Below are positions 9,329-18,364 of a stretch of DNA of 64,000 bases, one piece after another. The translations under genes and the position numbers were made by a program. The stretch covers positions 83,131 through 147,130 of the forward strand of contig JAPKYS010000043.1 of the NCBI GenBank assembly GCA_026394195.1, written 5' to 3'. Source of the stretch: a bacterium (GTDB lineage Bacteria; Electryoneota; B3-LCP). The notes below the pieces were generated by a model. The model worked only from the letters and a program-made list of their open reading frames with translations, ran no database searches and had not been told where the DNA came from. Positions within the stretch are counted from its first letter, which is position 1; every line of letters starts with the position of its first letter.

Positions 9329-9360
9329 TGCAGATTTGGTGGCACGAGGCACGAGGCACG
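9329..9360. repeat. Tandem heptamer array (GGCACGA x4) immediately after the stop codon
   Basis: Direct reading: GGCACGAGGCACGAGGCACGAGGCACGAG. Confidence 0.9.
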
Positions 9361-9479
9361 AGGCACGAGAATTCCGTAGTCGGGGTCGTCCCTGACCCTG
9401 ACGTTGCTAATTTTTTTAAAGCAATGAATCAAGCACTCGTTGACATCAAGTCGTTGAAATGACTAAAAAAAGCAGACTT

Positions 9480-9625
9480 TTCACCAGGCGCTAAAGCACC
9501 TGGCTACCGGATTCCAAAGCCCCCTCAAAGGGGGCTGGAGCCCCGTTCACGGGGCTTTGTAATAGCGTAGACCCGTCCTTTAGGGCGGGGCGAGAGAGGC
9601 TGCATTCTCCCCGGGGAGACGGCCT
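9480..9625. other. Cluster of GC-rich hairpins (CCCCC-loop-GGGGG type) ending in a T-tract. Candidate small structured RNA or REP-like element.
   Basis: Several perfect inverted repeats were read directly (AGCCCCCTCAAAGGGGGCT, GCCCCGTTCACGGGGC, TCTCCCCGGGGAGA) followed by TTTTTTT. Confidence 0.25.
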
Positions 9626-9833
9626 TTTTTTCATTTCAGGCCATAAAAAAGCGGGGAAGCAGTCCCAAGTAAACTCAGGAAAAAGCACGATCTATCAGGT
9701 CATGCCCGCCTCCCCGAAGGTAACAGTACAATATATACGTAAAATTTTCATTTGTCAAGTTTTTTTACTGCGATAGCGGCGATAGAATACAGTTTGAGAC
9801 CAAGCGCGCTCTTTTTGCCTGAAAAATAAAAAC

Positions 9834-9862
9834 TTGCAATTCGGGATTTTTTGATTATATTA
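9834..9862 (+). promoter_or_regulatory. Sigma70-like promoter (TTGCAA-N16/17-TATATT) upstream of the 10029 gene
   Basis: Near-consensus -35 and -10 hexamers with canonical spacing. Confidence 0.45.
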
Positions 9863-10028
9863 GAGAGTGTTGAAAAATAATAAAAATAGAGTCATTGCGA
9901 GCGTAGCGAAGCAATCTCGTAGCTTGGTTCTACCGGATTGCTTCGGGACTTCGTCCCTCGCAATGACGCAAAAAGTATTTTTCAACGCTCTCATATTAAG
10001 ATATCTTAATAACCTTCTGGAGCCACCC

Positions 10029-11693
10029 ATGAAACCCCAAACCCTGCTTGCCGCGCTGGCTACCCTACTGCTGGCGCTTGCTTTACCCGCCCAAGCCCAC
10101 TGGCCGACCAACCGGTTTGAGAACGTGGCAGTATCCGGCGATAGCGTAACACCTGCAGCCAACCCCTATGCATTCCGCATTGCCAATGGAAGTACCTTGA
10201 TCACATTTGGGGTAGGACTTATTGGTAATAGCTACCAGATTATCAATCGTTATGGGGATTTAGTTTTCCCAGAACCACAATCCTTGTGGCCTGCAATTTC
10301 ATCTTATTACACTGGATATCCAGTGTCGATTTCTGATCAAAGAGGCGGTGTTATTGCTTGCTGGAGGAGTCTGTCAGGCGGCAGTATTCCCCACGCCTAT
10401 TTTGCCCAGCGGTTGGATTCTCTGGGGAACTTGCTCTGGGGGAAATCCGCAGTCCAACTCTACCTTTTTGATGATAATGAGGAATGGGATATTTGTCCGG
10501 ATGGTAGCGGGGGACTCTTTTTCTCGACGGCTAAAGGAGATCCATCTTCTGGACTCATGGATATACGTCTCCAGCACGTGAATTCCCGGGGGCAACCCTT
10601 GTTGGGCGACAGCGGAATGGTGGCGATATCGGCCCCGCAGAATCAGGATAGACCCAAGCTGGCGCCGGATGGGCAGGGGGGCGTCTACATCGCCTGGCGT
10701 GATTATCGACCACCTTACTGGGGAGCAATTTTTGTAGGTAGGTTCGATGCCATGGGTCAGCAAGTCTGGCCGGTAGGCGGCGGAAACTATGTGGCTCAAT
10801 ACAGCTTTTCTCACAAAGTTTGTGCAGATAGCGCCGGAGGACTGCTTATTTTGAAAAGCATCGGTTCATTGTATACCAATACGATCTACCGCATTCATCC
10901 AAACGGTTCGATTCTTTGGACGCTGCCTAACGTTTCCTACGGTGACGACGCCTGCATATTACCGGGGGAACCGGGCTTTTTTTACATTGGCTTCTTTTAT
11001 GACGATGATCCCCAGGGAGTATATGCACAGAGAATCGATTTGGAGGGACACATCCGTTGGTATCTGTATCAACCGGGCGCCAGACTGGTTGTGGAACCGA
11101 ACTGGAATGGAAGTTGGGCGCGATTTGCCTATTACAACAACAATCTATATTGTGTTTGTAACCTGAACAGCCTTACTGGTAGTATTCGCACCTTTCGTGC
11201 CCAAATTGTAAATTCCTCTGGACAGTGCCGTTTTAGCAATAGTGGAGCAATTTTGAGCATTTCCCCTACCGTTAACGGGTGGCAGCATAAAACCCCCATA
11301 CCCGATGGTCGAGGTGGAATGGTGGGTGTCATGGAGTACTATAATGGTGTTGGACTTCATGAAATTCAGGCCAAGCACATGAATCCCAATGGTACTTTAG
11401 GGGGACCAACACTAGCCGGAGATGATGAATTAACTTTCCAAAAATCTGCGACGCTCGAAATTAAAGGCATTGACAGTAAATCGGCGACCTACGTGCTATC
11501 TCAGTCGACTCAAGTCAAACTGGAGCTCTACAACGTCTTAGGCGCGCGCGTGAAAATCTTGCAGGACGGTTATTTGGCTGCCGGAACCTATACCGTGCAA
11601 ATCGACAACCAACAGTTGCCGTCGGGGGTGTATTTCCTGCGCTTACAGGCAGGAGAAGAGGCGATGGTGAAAAAGATGGTGATGCTGAAGTAG
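10029..11693 (+). CDS. Secreted protein with a T9SS C-terminal sorting domain (Por secretion CTD)
   Basis: Signal peptide MKPQTLLAALATLLLALALPAQA. C-terminal CTD pattern LELYNVLGARV...GVYFLRLQAGEE..VKKMVMLK. The long ORF that starts at 9867 upstream of this ATG covers a 5' leader hairpin and is rejected. Confidence 0.75.
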   Translation: MKPQTLLAALATLLLALALPAQAHWPTNRFENVAVSGDSVTPAANPYAFRIANGSTLITFGVGLIGNSYQIINRYGDLVFPEPQSLWPAISSYYTGYPVSISDQRGGVIACWRSLSGGSIPHAYFAQRLDSLGNLLWGKSAVQLYLFDDNEEWDICPDGSGGLFFSTAKGDPSSGLMDIRLQHVNSRGQPLLGDSGMVAISAPQNQDRPKLAPDGQGGVYIAWRDYRPPYWGAIFVGRFDAMGQQVWPVGGGNYVAQYSFSHKVCADSAGGLLILKSIGSLYTNTIYRIHPNGSILWTLPNVSYGDDACILPGEPGFFYIGFFYDDDPQGVYAQRIDLEGHIRWYLYQPGARLVVEPNWNGSWARFAYYNNNLYCVCNLNSLTGSIRTFRAQIVNSSGQCRFSNSGAILSISPTVNGWQHKTPIPDGRGGMVGVMEYYNGVGLHEIQAKHMNPNGTLGGPTLAGDDELTFQKSATLEIKGIDSKSATYVLSQSTQVKLELYNVLGARVKILQDGYLAAGTYTVQIDNQQLPSGVYFLRLQAGEEAMVKKMVMLK

Positions 11694-11858
11694 ATGATGG
11701 AGGGACACGCTCCGCCGTGTCCTTTAACGGATATAAAACAGGACGGGACGGAGCCCGTCCCTCCAAATATGAAATGCCTAAATCATTCTAACATACCGGC
11801 ACGATCGCCCCGGAAATTAAAGCGCGATCAAAACAATATTATCCAGTGGAGGAAGAGT

Positions 11859-13157
11859 ATGAAACGCTTTGTTCAATTTCTGCTGATGTCAGCGCTGCTG
11901 GCAATGACGTTTATCTCTAACGCAAGAGCCTGGGACTACTTTCGCATTCCCGGCGGAGTAGCTCTGAAAACCATCGTCGTAGATAACGGCGGGGTAAAAG
12001 GGATGTGGATTCCGGAAAAACAAGCCGGAATGTATTGGGTGGATTGGGATGATGCAAACGACCATTTCGAACCCGTATCGAGTCTGGGTGAATTCGATGC
12101 CTACTACTGCTGGTTCATGGGCGGAGACGCCTGCAACTTCGGCACCTCAGAAAACCCGGTTCTTCGCTCTCTGGCTGCCACCTATCAAGGCGTACATCGT
12201 TATAAATATGAAACCTCTGCATGGGAACCCTACAACGCCCCGAACAATATCGTAAAGAATAACAACTGGCGCTGGCATGATGCAGTCTTCTATTCTGACC
12301 CGCGAGAACAGCAGCCCTCTTTCGCTATAGATAACTACATCGTTTCTGCCGTGCAGCCCTGGACTGACGGAAATGATTGGCGAATGGGGCTCTACTTAAT
12401 CCAAAACAATGAATTACCGGATAAAGAAGATGCACCAATCAGTGGCCCCTTGAGCCATAATTACAATTTCATTCACAGATCACTGGATACCCAAGCAACA
12501 GTTTTCTACACCTGGTACAATGACATAGACTTCAGCGCTTCGACTCAATCCGGTGAATTCCAGCGGTTAACCCTTACGGCTACAGGACAGGCGATTACTC
12601 CTACTTTAATCCCTGATGACTCGGGGTTGCCGGACTACTACTATAAGGTCTGCAATTTCTTCCAGGCCATCGAGAGCGGAACCTACTACCAGTGGATTAT
12701 GGTGGATACTCAAGATTATATAGGGACTTCCGATCCTATCCTTTACTATCGCGTTTACAATAACGGCTGGGAGGATTGGGAAGAGATGTTCCACGTGAGG
12801 AGCGTCACTGGATTTAGCCATTATGCCGGTATGGGTATGGCGGTTCATAAGAGGACTGTCGCCACCGTGGACTACTTCTACGTGTATCTTAACGTGGATT
12901 TCGAAGGCTTGGCGCTGATAAAATACGATCTAAACAATCCTCAAAACCCCTATTCCAAAAAGTGGTTGAATAATGATGGCACAAATTACATCCGCAAATG
13001 GAATGGTCGCAGCCTGAACATGGTACCGAATGGGTGGTTAAATAACTCCAGTCATGACATTCTGATCGTCGGCACAGCGCACGCAGACGTGTCTGTGGTG
13101 GAGGTGGATAATGAAACTGAGACGCCCCAGGTCGTGAGTATTGATAAATTGAATTAA
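11859..13157 (+). CDS. Hypothetical secreted protein
   Basis: Signal peptide MKRFVQFLLMSALLAMTFISNARA begins at an ATG preceded by GGAGGAAGAG. No recognisable family. Confidence 0.55.
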   Translation: MKRFVQFLLMSALLAMTFISNARAWDYFRIPGGVALKTIVVDNGGVKGMWIPEKQAGMYWVDWDDANDHFEPVSSLGEFDAYYCWFMGGDACNFGTSENPVLRSLAATYQGVHRYKYETSAWEPYNAPNNIVKNNNWRWHDAVFYSDPREQQPSFAIDNYIVSAVQPWTDGNDWRMGLYLIQNNELPDKEDAPISGPLSHNYNFIHRSLDTQATVFYTWYNDIDFSASTQSGEFQRLTLTATGQAITPTLIPDDSGLPDYYYKVCNFFQAIESGTYYQWIMVDTQDYIGTSDPILYYRVYNNGWEDWEEMFHVRSVTGFSHYAGMGMAVHKRTVATVDYFYVYLNVDFEGLALIKYDLNNPQNPYSKKWLNNDGTNYIRKWNGRSLNMVPNGWLNNSSHDILIVGTAHADVSVVEVDNETETPQVVSIDKLN

Positions 13158-13479
13158 ATATTTCATTCCCTTGTTTATATCTATGTTGGTTATGCGTCAG
13201 GTCTCCGCTGCGCTATAGAACTGCCGCAACGATATTCCCAGCCTTGTCGGATTCCGGACGCAGGCTAAAGCCTTTGCCGGAATGACAAGGTTCTCTTAAC
13301 TGACTGCTGATTGCGCTTATACTTGGTTACTTGTTCACTTGTTCACCTGGTTACTATTTCAAGGGCGTCCCTACCGGTCGCCCTTGGTGTTTTCAGCACC
13401 ATTCATGTGATATTTTTAACTTGTTTTTCCGCTAAATTTTCTTTATATTCTTAGACTTCTAAAAAACCTCGAGGAACAA

Positions 13480-14475
13480 GTGGATATACTGTCACAAATA
13501 CGCGCGAAAGCTCAAAAATTAAATCGTTCCGTCGTCTTCCCGGAAGGAGATGACGATCGCACCTTTCATGCCGTCGCTGATTTGCAGAAGGATAAAGTCG
13601 TCCGTTCCATCGTACTGGGCGACGAAAAAGCCATCGCCAACCGCTGCCGGGAACTCGGCATCGATCTGGGTGGTGCAACCATCATCGATCCGCACCTGGC
13701 GGTCAACAAGGGTGAACTTGCCGAAGTTCTGTACGAGCGGCGCAAACACAAGGGAATGACCCTGGACGAAGCTCGCAGACTGGCGCTGGATCCGCTCTAC
13801 TTCGGCGCTCTGATGGTGAAAACCGGGCTGGCGCAGGGTTCCGTCACCGGAGCTGCTCATTCGACCGGCGACGTCATCCGCGCCGCGCTCTATTGCATCG
13901 GATTGGCGCCGGGCATCAAGGTGGTGTCCAGCTCCTTCATGATGGTCATGCCTTCAGGCAAAGTCTATATGTACTCGGACGGCGCCGTAGTCCCCGATCC
14001 CGATGCGGAACAGTTGGCCTCCATCGCCATCTCTGCATCAGCCGTCCACCATGCGTTGACCGGCGAGGTGCCGATCGTCGCCATGCTGTCATATTCCACC
14101 AAGGGATCTGCCGAAGGTCCATCCATTGATAAAGTGCGCCAGGCGACCGCGCTGGCCAAGCGACTCCGCCCTGACCTGATCATCGACGGCGAACTGCAGG
14201 TGGATGCCGCCATCGTCCCGAAGATCAATGCCAGCAAGGCTCCGGGATCACCAGTCAAAGGTGAAGCCAACGTGTTCATTTTCCCGGATCTGGACGCCGG
14301 CAATATCGCCTATAAAATCACGCAGCGGTTAGCTGGAGCCCAAGCCATCGGTCCCATCGTCCAGGGGTTGGAAAAGCCCGCCTTCGACCTGTCGCGCGGG
14401 TGCAGCGCCTCGGACATCGTCGCCGTGGCAGCCATCAACGCGCTCTATTCAGCAGCTCTGGAAGGAGTAGCATAA
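13480..14475 (+). CDS. pta: Phosphate acetyltransferase (short form)
   Basis: 331 aa with Pta-family motifs (VVFPEGDDDR, SVTGAAHSTGD, DGELQVDAA). Confidence 0.9.
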   Translation: MDILSQIRAKAQKLNRSVVFPEGDDDRTFHAVADLQKDKVVRSIVLGDEKAIANRCRELGIDLGGATIIDPHLAVNKGELAEVLYERRKHKGMTLDEARRLALDPLYFGALMVKTGLAQGSVTGAAHSTGDVIRAALYCIGLAPGIKVVSSSFMMVMPSGKVYMYSDGAVVPDPDAEQLASIAISASAVHHALTGEVPIVAMLSYSTKGSAEGPSIDKVRQATALAKRLRPDLIIDGELQVDAAIVPKINASKAPGSPVKGEANVFIFPDLDAGNIAYKITQRLAGAQAIGPIVQGLEKPAFDLSRGCSASDIVAVAAINALYSAALEGVA

Positions 14476-15245
14476 TCATCGTAAAACCATCCATCATCAT
14501 CCGGGCCGCTGTAACCCTCTGTCTGATCAGCATTTTGGCAGTGCCGGGTTTCGCTCAGGATGAACCCACCCTCGGAGCAGATTTAGGTTTCGCCACGCGC
14601 TACGTCTGGCGAGGACTGATTTTCGACGCCGATCCGGTGCTCCAGCCGGACGTCTGGCTGCAATCGCACGGTCTCAAGATGACCTTCTGGGGCAGTATGG
14701 ATCTGACCGACGAAGACAAGAAATTTCAGGGTCAGTTCAACGAGTGGGACACCTACCTGGATTTCGCCGGGTTATCCTGGAAGAAGCTCTCCTGGGGCGG
14801 CGGCGTCGCCTATGAGAGCTTCCCGGACGCCGCTGGCAACGGAACCAGCACGGCGGAGATTTCCACCTGGCTTTCCGGAGACGTCCCCGGGGAACCGACG
14901 TTATCTGTGTATTGGGATATCTGGCAGCTTCACGGCGTATACGTCAATGGGAGCCTGTCGCATTCGCTGGAGCTGGGTCCGGGCGAACTGGGCGTCAGCA
15001 CGGCTGCCGGTTGGGGCGATGAGAGGCACAACCGCTGGTCCGGGTTGGTCGATGCCGGAGGATGGCTCGATTATTCGGCTGGGGTCAGCTATATGCTGCC
15101 CGTCTACAAGCAGATCTGCCTCTGCCCGGCGGTAAGTTACAGCGCCATCTTGCAGAAGGACATCGCCGACGATTATGATCTGAGAGGGATCGAACCCAAC
15201 GCCGTTTACTTTTCGTTGACGGCGTCGTGGGCTGCCTTACCGTAA
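14400..15245 (+). CDS. Hypothetical secreted protein (W/G/D-rich, possibly outer-membrane associated). The start is uncertain.
   Basis: Signal-peptide-like IIRAAVTLCLISILAVPGFAQDEP. The only in-frame start candidates are a GTG at 14400 (75-nt overlap with pta) and non-canonical ATC/ATT codons right after the pta stop. Confidence 0.45.
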   Translation: MQRLGHRRRGSHQRALFSSSGRSSIIIVKPSIIIRAAVTLCLISILAVPGFAQDEPTLGADLGFATRYVWRGLIFDADPVLQPDVWLQSHGLKMTFWGSMDLTDEDKKFQGQFNEWDTYLDFAGLSWKKLSWGGGVAYESFPDAAGNGTSTAEISTWLSGDVPGEPTLSVYWDIWQLHGVYVNGSLSHSLELGPGELGVSTAAGWGDERHNRWSGLVDAGGWLDYSAGVSYMLPVYKQICLCPAVSYSAILQKDIADDYDLRGIEPNAVYFSLTASWAALP

Positions 15246-15315
15246 CAATGGATTGGAATCGAAGAATTCGAATCGAAATAGAAATGCCTGAACATCCAAG
15301 GAGGCAAACCCATAT

Positions 15316-16533
15316 ATGAGCATCAGTATACTGGCCAGGTCCATCCAGGAATCACCGACGTTAGCCTTAAACGAGCAGGCCAGACTCCTGCGCGAGAAAG
15401 GCGAGGCGGTGGTCCATCTGGGAGCGGGTGAACCGAAAAACAAAGCTCCCATCAACGCGATCTTGACGTCGGTCGCCAAGCTGAATGCCGGCGACATCAA
15501 GTACACTCCCACCGATGGCATCCCCTCTTTGAAGAAAGCCATCATCCGCTACACCGAAGAGAACTACGACCGTCTGCCGGCACCCGAGCAGGTGATGGTG
15601 TCGGGCGGAGCCAAACAATCACTGTGGAACTTGCTCTTCACCATCTTAAATCCTCAGGATGAAGTCGTTATCATCGCACCGTATTGGGTGAGCTACCCGG
15701 AAATGATCAAGATGTGTTACGGCATCCCGGTGGTGGTCACTCCGGAAGACGGCGGCTTCTACCCCCGCATGAAAGAGATCGAGCAGGCAGTTAGTTCGTA
15801 CACCAAAGCGATCATCATCAACAGCCCCAACAACCCGTCCGGAGTGATGTACCCTGAAAGCTTCATCGCAGAAATCGTCGAATACTGCGAGAAAAAGGGC
15901 ATCTACCTGATCATGGACGACATCTACCACAAGCTGATTTTCGACGGAAAAACCGTCATTACGCCCTACAAGTACACCAGCAAGAATATCGAAGAAACCA
16001 AGGTGATCACCATCAACGGGATCTCGAAACTGTACGGCATGACCGGTTTCCGCATCGGCTGGCTCGTCGCTCCCAAGCAATTAGTTGATATCATGATCAA
16101 TGTCCAGGCGCAGACCACTTCCTGCACCTCGCTGGTCTTGCAGGCAGCCGCCGAAGGCGCATTGACCGGCTTGCAGAGCGTCGTCGAAACTCTGCGGCTG
16201 ACTCTGGAAAACAATCGCAACGTCATGCTGGCGGAGTTGAAAACTTTCAATGGGATTCGCGTCACCAAACCGGATGGAACCTATTACTGCCTGCCTGATT
16301 TCAGCGCTTATGGAAAAGACTCGGTAAAGTTGTCCAAAATGTTGCTGCAAAAGGCTCTCGTGGTGACGGTACCCGGCAAGGAATTCGGTATGGAAGGCCA
16401 TCTGCGGCTGAGCTATGCGACCACGGTCAAGGACATCAAGGAGGGCATTGAGCGCATGCGCTGGGCATTGGATCCGAATTCGCCGAACGAAATATACATC
16501 GGTGAAAGAAAACTGGTGAGGGACTGGCTATGA
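15316..16533 (+). CDS. Class I/II pyridoxal-phosphate aminotransferase (aspartate/aromatic type)
   Basis: 405 aa. Fold-type I PLP aminotransferase motifs including the SKLYGMTGFRIGW lysine region. Confidence 0.88.
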   Translation: MSISILARSIQESPTLALNEQARLLREKGEAVVHLGAGEPKNKAPINAILTSVAKLNAGDIKYTPTDGIPSLKKAIIRYTEENYDRLPAPEQVMVSGGAKQSLWNLLFTILNPQDEVVIIAPYWVSYPEMIKMCYGIPVVVTPEDGGFYPRMKEIEQAVSSYTKAIIINSPNNPSGVMYPESFIAEIVEYCEKKGIYLIMDDIYHKLIFDGKTVITPYKYTSKNIEETKVITINGISKLYGMTGFRIGWLVAPKQLVDIMINVQAQTTSCTSLVLQAAAEGALTGLQSVVETLRLTLENNRNVMLAELKTFNGIRVTKPDGTYYCLPDFSAYGKDSVKLSKMLLQKALVVTVPGKEFGMEGHLRLSYATTVKDIKEGIERMRWALDPNSPNEIYIGERKLVRDWL

Positions 16534-18170
16534 ACAATCTCTTAAATATAAAAACTCCCTGCGAAGGTCAAGCTCTGGCGCAAAAAGCCTTCTACGGAAT
16601 CGAAAATCACGGGCTCGCCAACCTGCGCCAGGTCTATTGGAACCTGCCCACCGAAGCGCTCTATGAAGAGATCGCCTTCCGCGGCGAAGCGAAAATCACC
16701 CATATGGGACCGATCCTTGCCTGGACTGGAAAACACACGGCTCGTTCCGCCAACGACAAATTCGTGGTCAAAGAAGGCACCACCGAAGACAAAATCTGGT
16801 GGGGCGAGTACAATCGTCCTTTCAGCGAAGACAAGTTCAACGACCTGTTCAACCGCATGCAGGGCTACCTGCAGGGGCGCGACGTCTTTGTGCAGGACTG
16901 CTATGCCGGAGCTGATCCTAATTACCGGATGCCCATCCGCGTCATCACCGAATTAGCCTGGCACAGTCACTTCGCTCGCAACATGTTCATCCCCACGAAA
17001 ACGCTGAACGAGATGCAGCGACACGTCCCGGATTTCACGATCCTGGCGCTTCCCGGGTTCAAAGGAATTCCGCAGATTGACGGTACGGCTTCCAACACTT
17101 TCATCGTGTTGAATTTCGCCGCAAAGATGTGCATCATCGGGACGACGGCCTACGCCGGTGAAATCAAGAAGTCTGTCTTCTCGATTCTGAATTACCTGCT
17201 GCCGTTGCAGGGCGTTATGCCCATGCACTGCTCGGCCAATATCGGCCCGAAAGGCGACACCGCTCTCTTCTTCGGTCTTTCCGGAACCGGCAAAACGACC
17301 CTGTCGGCTGACCCGGGCCGCGGGCTGATCGGCGACGATGAACACGGCTGGTCCGATGACGGCATCTACAACTTTGAAGCGGGCTGCTACGCCAAGGTGA
17401 TCGCCCTATCCCCCTCTGCAGAACCGCAAATCTACGCCTGCACCCAGAAGTTCGGCACTATCCTGGAAAACGTCCCCTTTGATCCGGTCACCCGCAGAAT
17501 CGATCTGGACGATGAATCCATCACCGAAAATACCCGCTGTTCCTACCCGATGGAATACATCGACAATGCCGTGCCGGAAAAGATGGGCGGACATCCCAAG
17601 AACATCATTCTGCTGACCTGCGACGCCTCGGGCGTCATGCCCCCCATCGCCAAACTGACCCCGGATCAGGCCCTCTACCAATTCATCTCGGGGTATACCT
17701 CCAAGATCGCCGGCACCGAAGTCGGTCTGGGCAAGGAACCGGAAATGACCTTCAGTACCTGCTTCGGAGGTCCCTTCATGGTGCACCATCCTTACTTCTA
17801 TGGCGATCTGCTGAAACGCAAGATCCTGAAGCACGATGCTCACTGCTGGCTGGTCAACACCGGCTGGGTGGGAGGCAAGTACGGCATCGGCAAGCGCATC
17901 AGCATCAAGTACACCCGCGCTCTGCTGAACGCGGCGTTGGACGGCAAGCTGCTCAAGGTGGAATACAAGCAGGACCCGGTCTTCGGTTTCTCCGTGCCCA
18001 TGTCCTGCCCGGACGTGCCGGACAGCGTCCTGAACCCGGCTGAAGCCTGGTCCGACAAGAACGCCTACATGAAGAGCTACAAGGAACTGGCGTCCCGCTA
18101 CATCGAGAACTTCAAGAAGTTCGAAGACGGCTGCCCGCCGGAAGTCAAAGCGGCAGGGCCGAAGAGGTAA
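16530..18170 (+). CDS. pckA: Phosphoenolpyruvate carboxykinase (ATP)
   Basis: Kinase-1a/Walker motif FFGLSGTGKTTLS and PEPCK-ATP signature regions. 4-nt overlap with the upstream aminotransferase. Confidence 0.93.
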   Translation: MNNLLNIKTPCEGQALAQKAFYGIENHGLANLRQVYWNLPTEALYEEIAFRGEAKITHMGPILAWTGKHTARSANDKFVVKEGTTEDKIWWGEYNRPFSEDKFNDLFNRMQGYLQGRDVFVQDCYAGADPNYRMPIRVITELAWHSHFARNMFIPTKTLNEMQRHVPDFTILALPGFKGIPQIDGTASNTFIVLNFAAKMCIIGTTAYAGEIKKSVFSILNYLLPLQGVMPMHCSANIGPKGDTALFFGLSGTGKTTLSADPGRGLIGDDEHGWSDDGIYNFEAGCYAKVIALSPSAEPQIYACTQKFGTILENVPFDPVTRRIDLDDESITENTRCSYPMEYIDNAVPEKMGGHPKNIILLTCDASGVMPPIAKLTPDQALYQFISGYTSKIAGTEVGLGKEPEMTFSTCFGGPFMVHHPYFYGDLLKRKILKHDAHCWLVNTGWVGGKYGIGKRISIKYTRALLNAALDGKLLKVEYKQDPVFGFSVPMSCPDVPDSVLNPAEAWSDKNAYMKSYKELASRYIENFKKFEDGCPPEVKAAGPKR

Positions 18171-18195
18171 GGCAAAAGGAAAAAGGTAAAAGTAA

Positions 18196-18228
18196 AAAGG
18201 GGCGATCCGGGTGGGTCGCCCTTTTTGA
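18196..18228 (+). terminator. Rho-independent terminator (GGGGCGATCCGGGTGGGTCGCCC + T-tract)
   Basis: A GC stem followed by TTTTTG. The same stem sequence recurs after other genes. Confidence 0.6.
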
Positions 18229-18262
18229 TTTAAAAAAAACCGCCCACCACCTAAAAATCTCT

Positions 18263-18291
18263 TGACAATACCCGATTGATTCGCTATATTG
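18263..18291 (+). promoter_or_regulatory. Sigma70 consensus promoter TTGACA-N16/17-TATATT
   Basis: Read directly: cTTGACAatacccgattgattcgcTATATTg. Confidence 0.55.
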
Positions 18292-18364
18292 AATATAGGG
18301 AGGCACAAACTTCAAACAAAACCTGATTTGAGTAAACATCTATAATCAAATGTGGAGACCCGCC

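Noticed and set aside
9650-9705. GGAAGCAG and CAGGUCA motifs resembling SRP (4.5S) RNA domain IV
   Set aside because: The motifs are in the wrong 5'-to-3' order on the plus strand. The minus strand lacks them. No full SRP helix 8 could be drawn.
9867-10028. Upstream extension of the 10029 gene to an ATG at 9867
   Set aside because: The segment is occupied by a promoter -10 element and long hairpins. The signal peptide begins at the MKPQ Met (10029).
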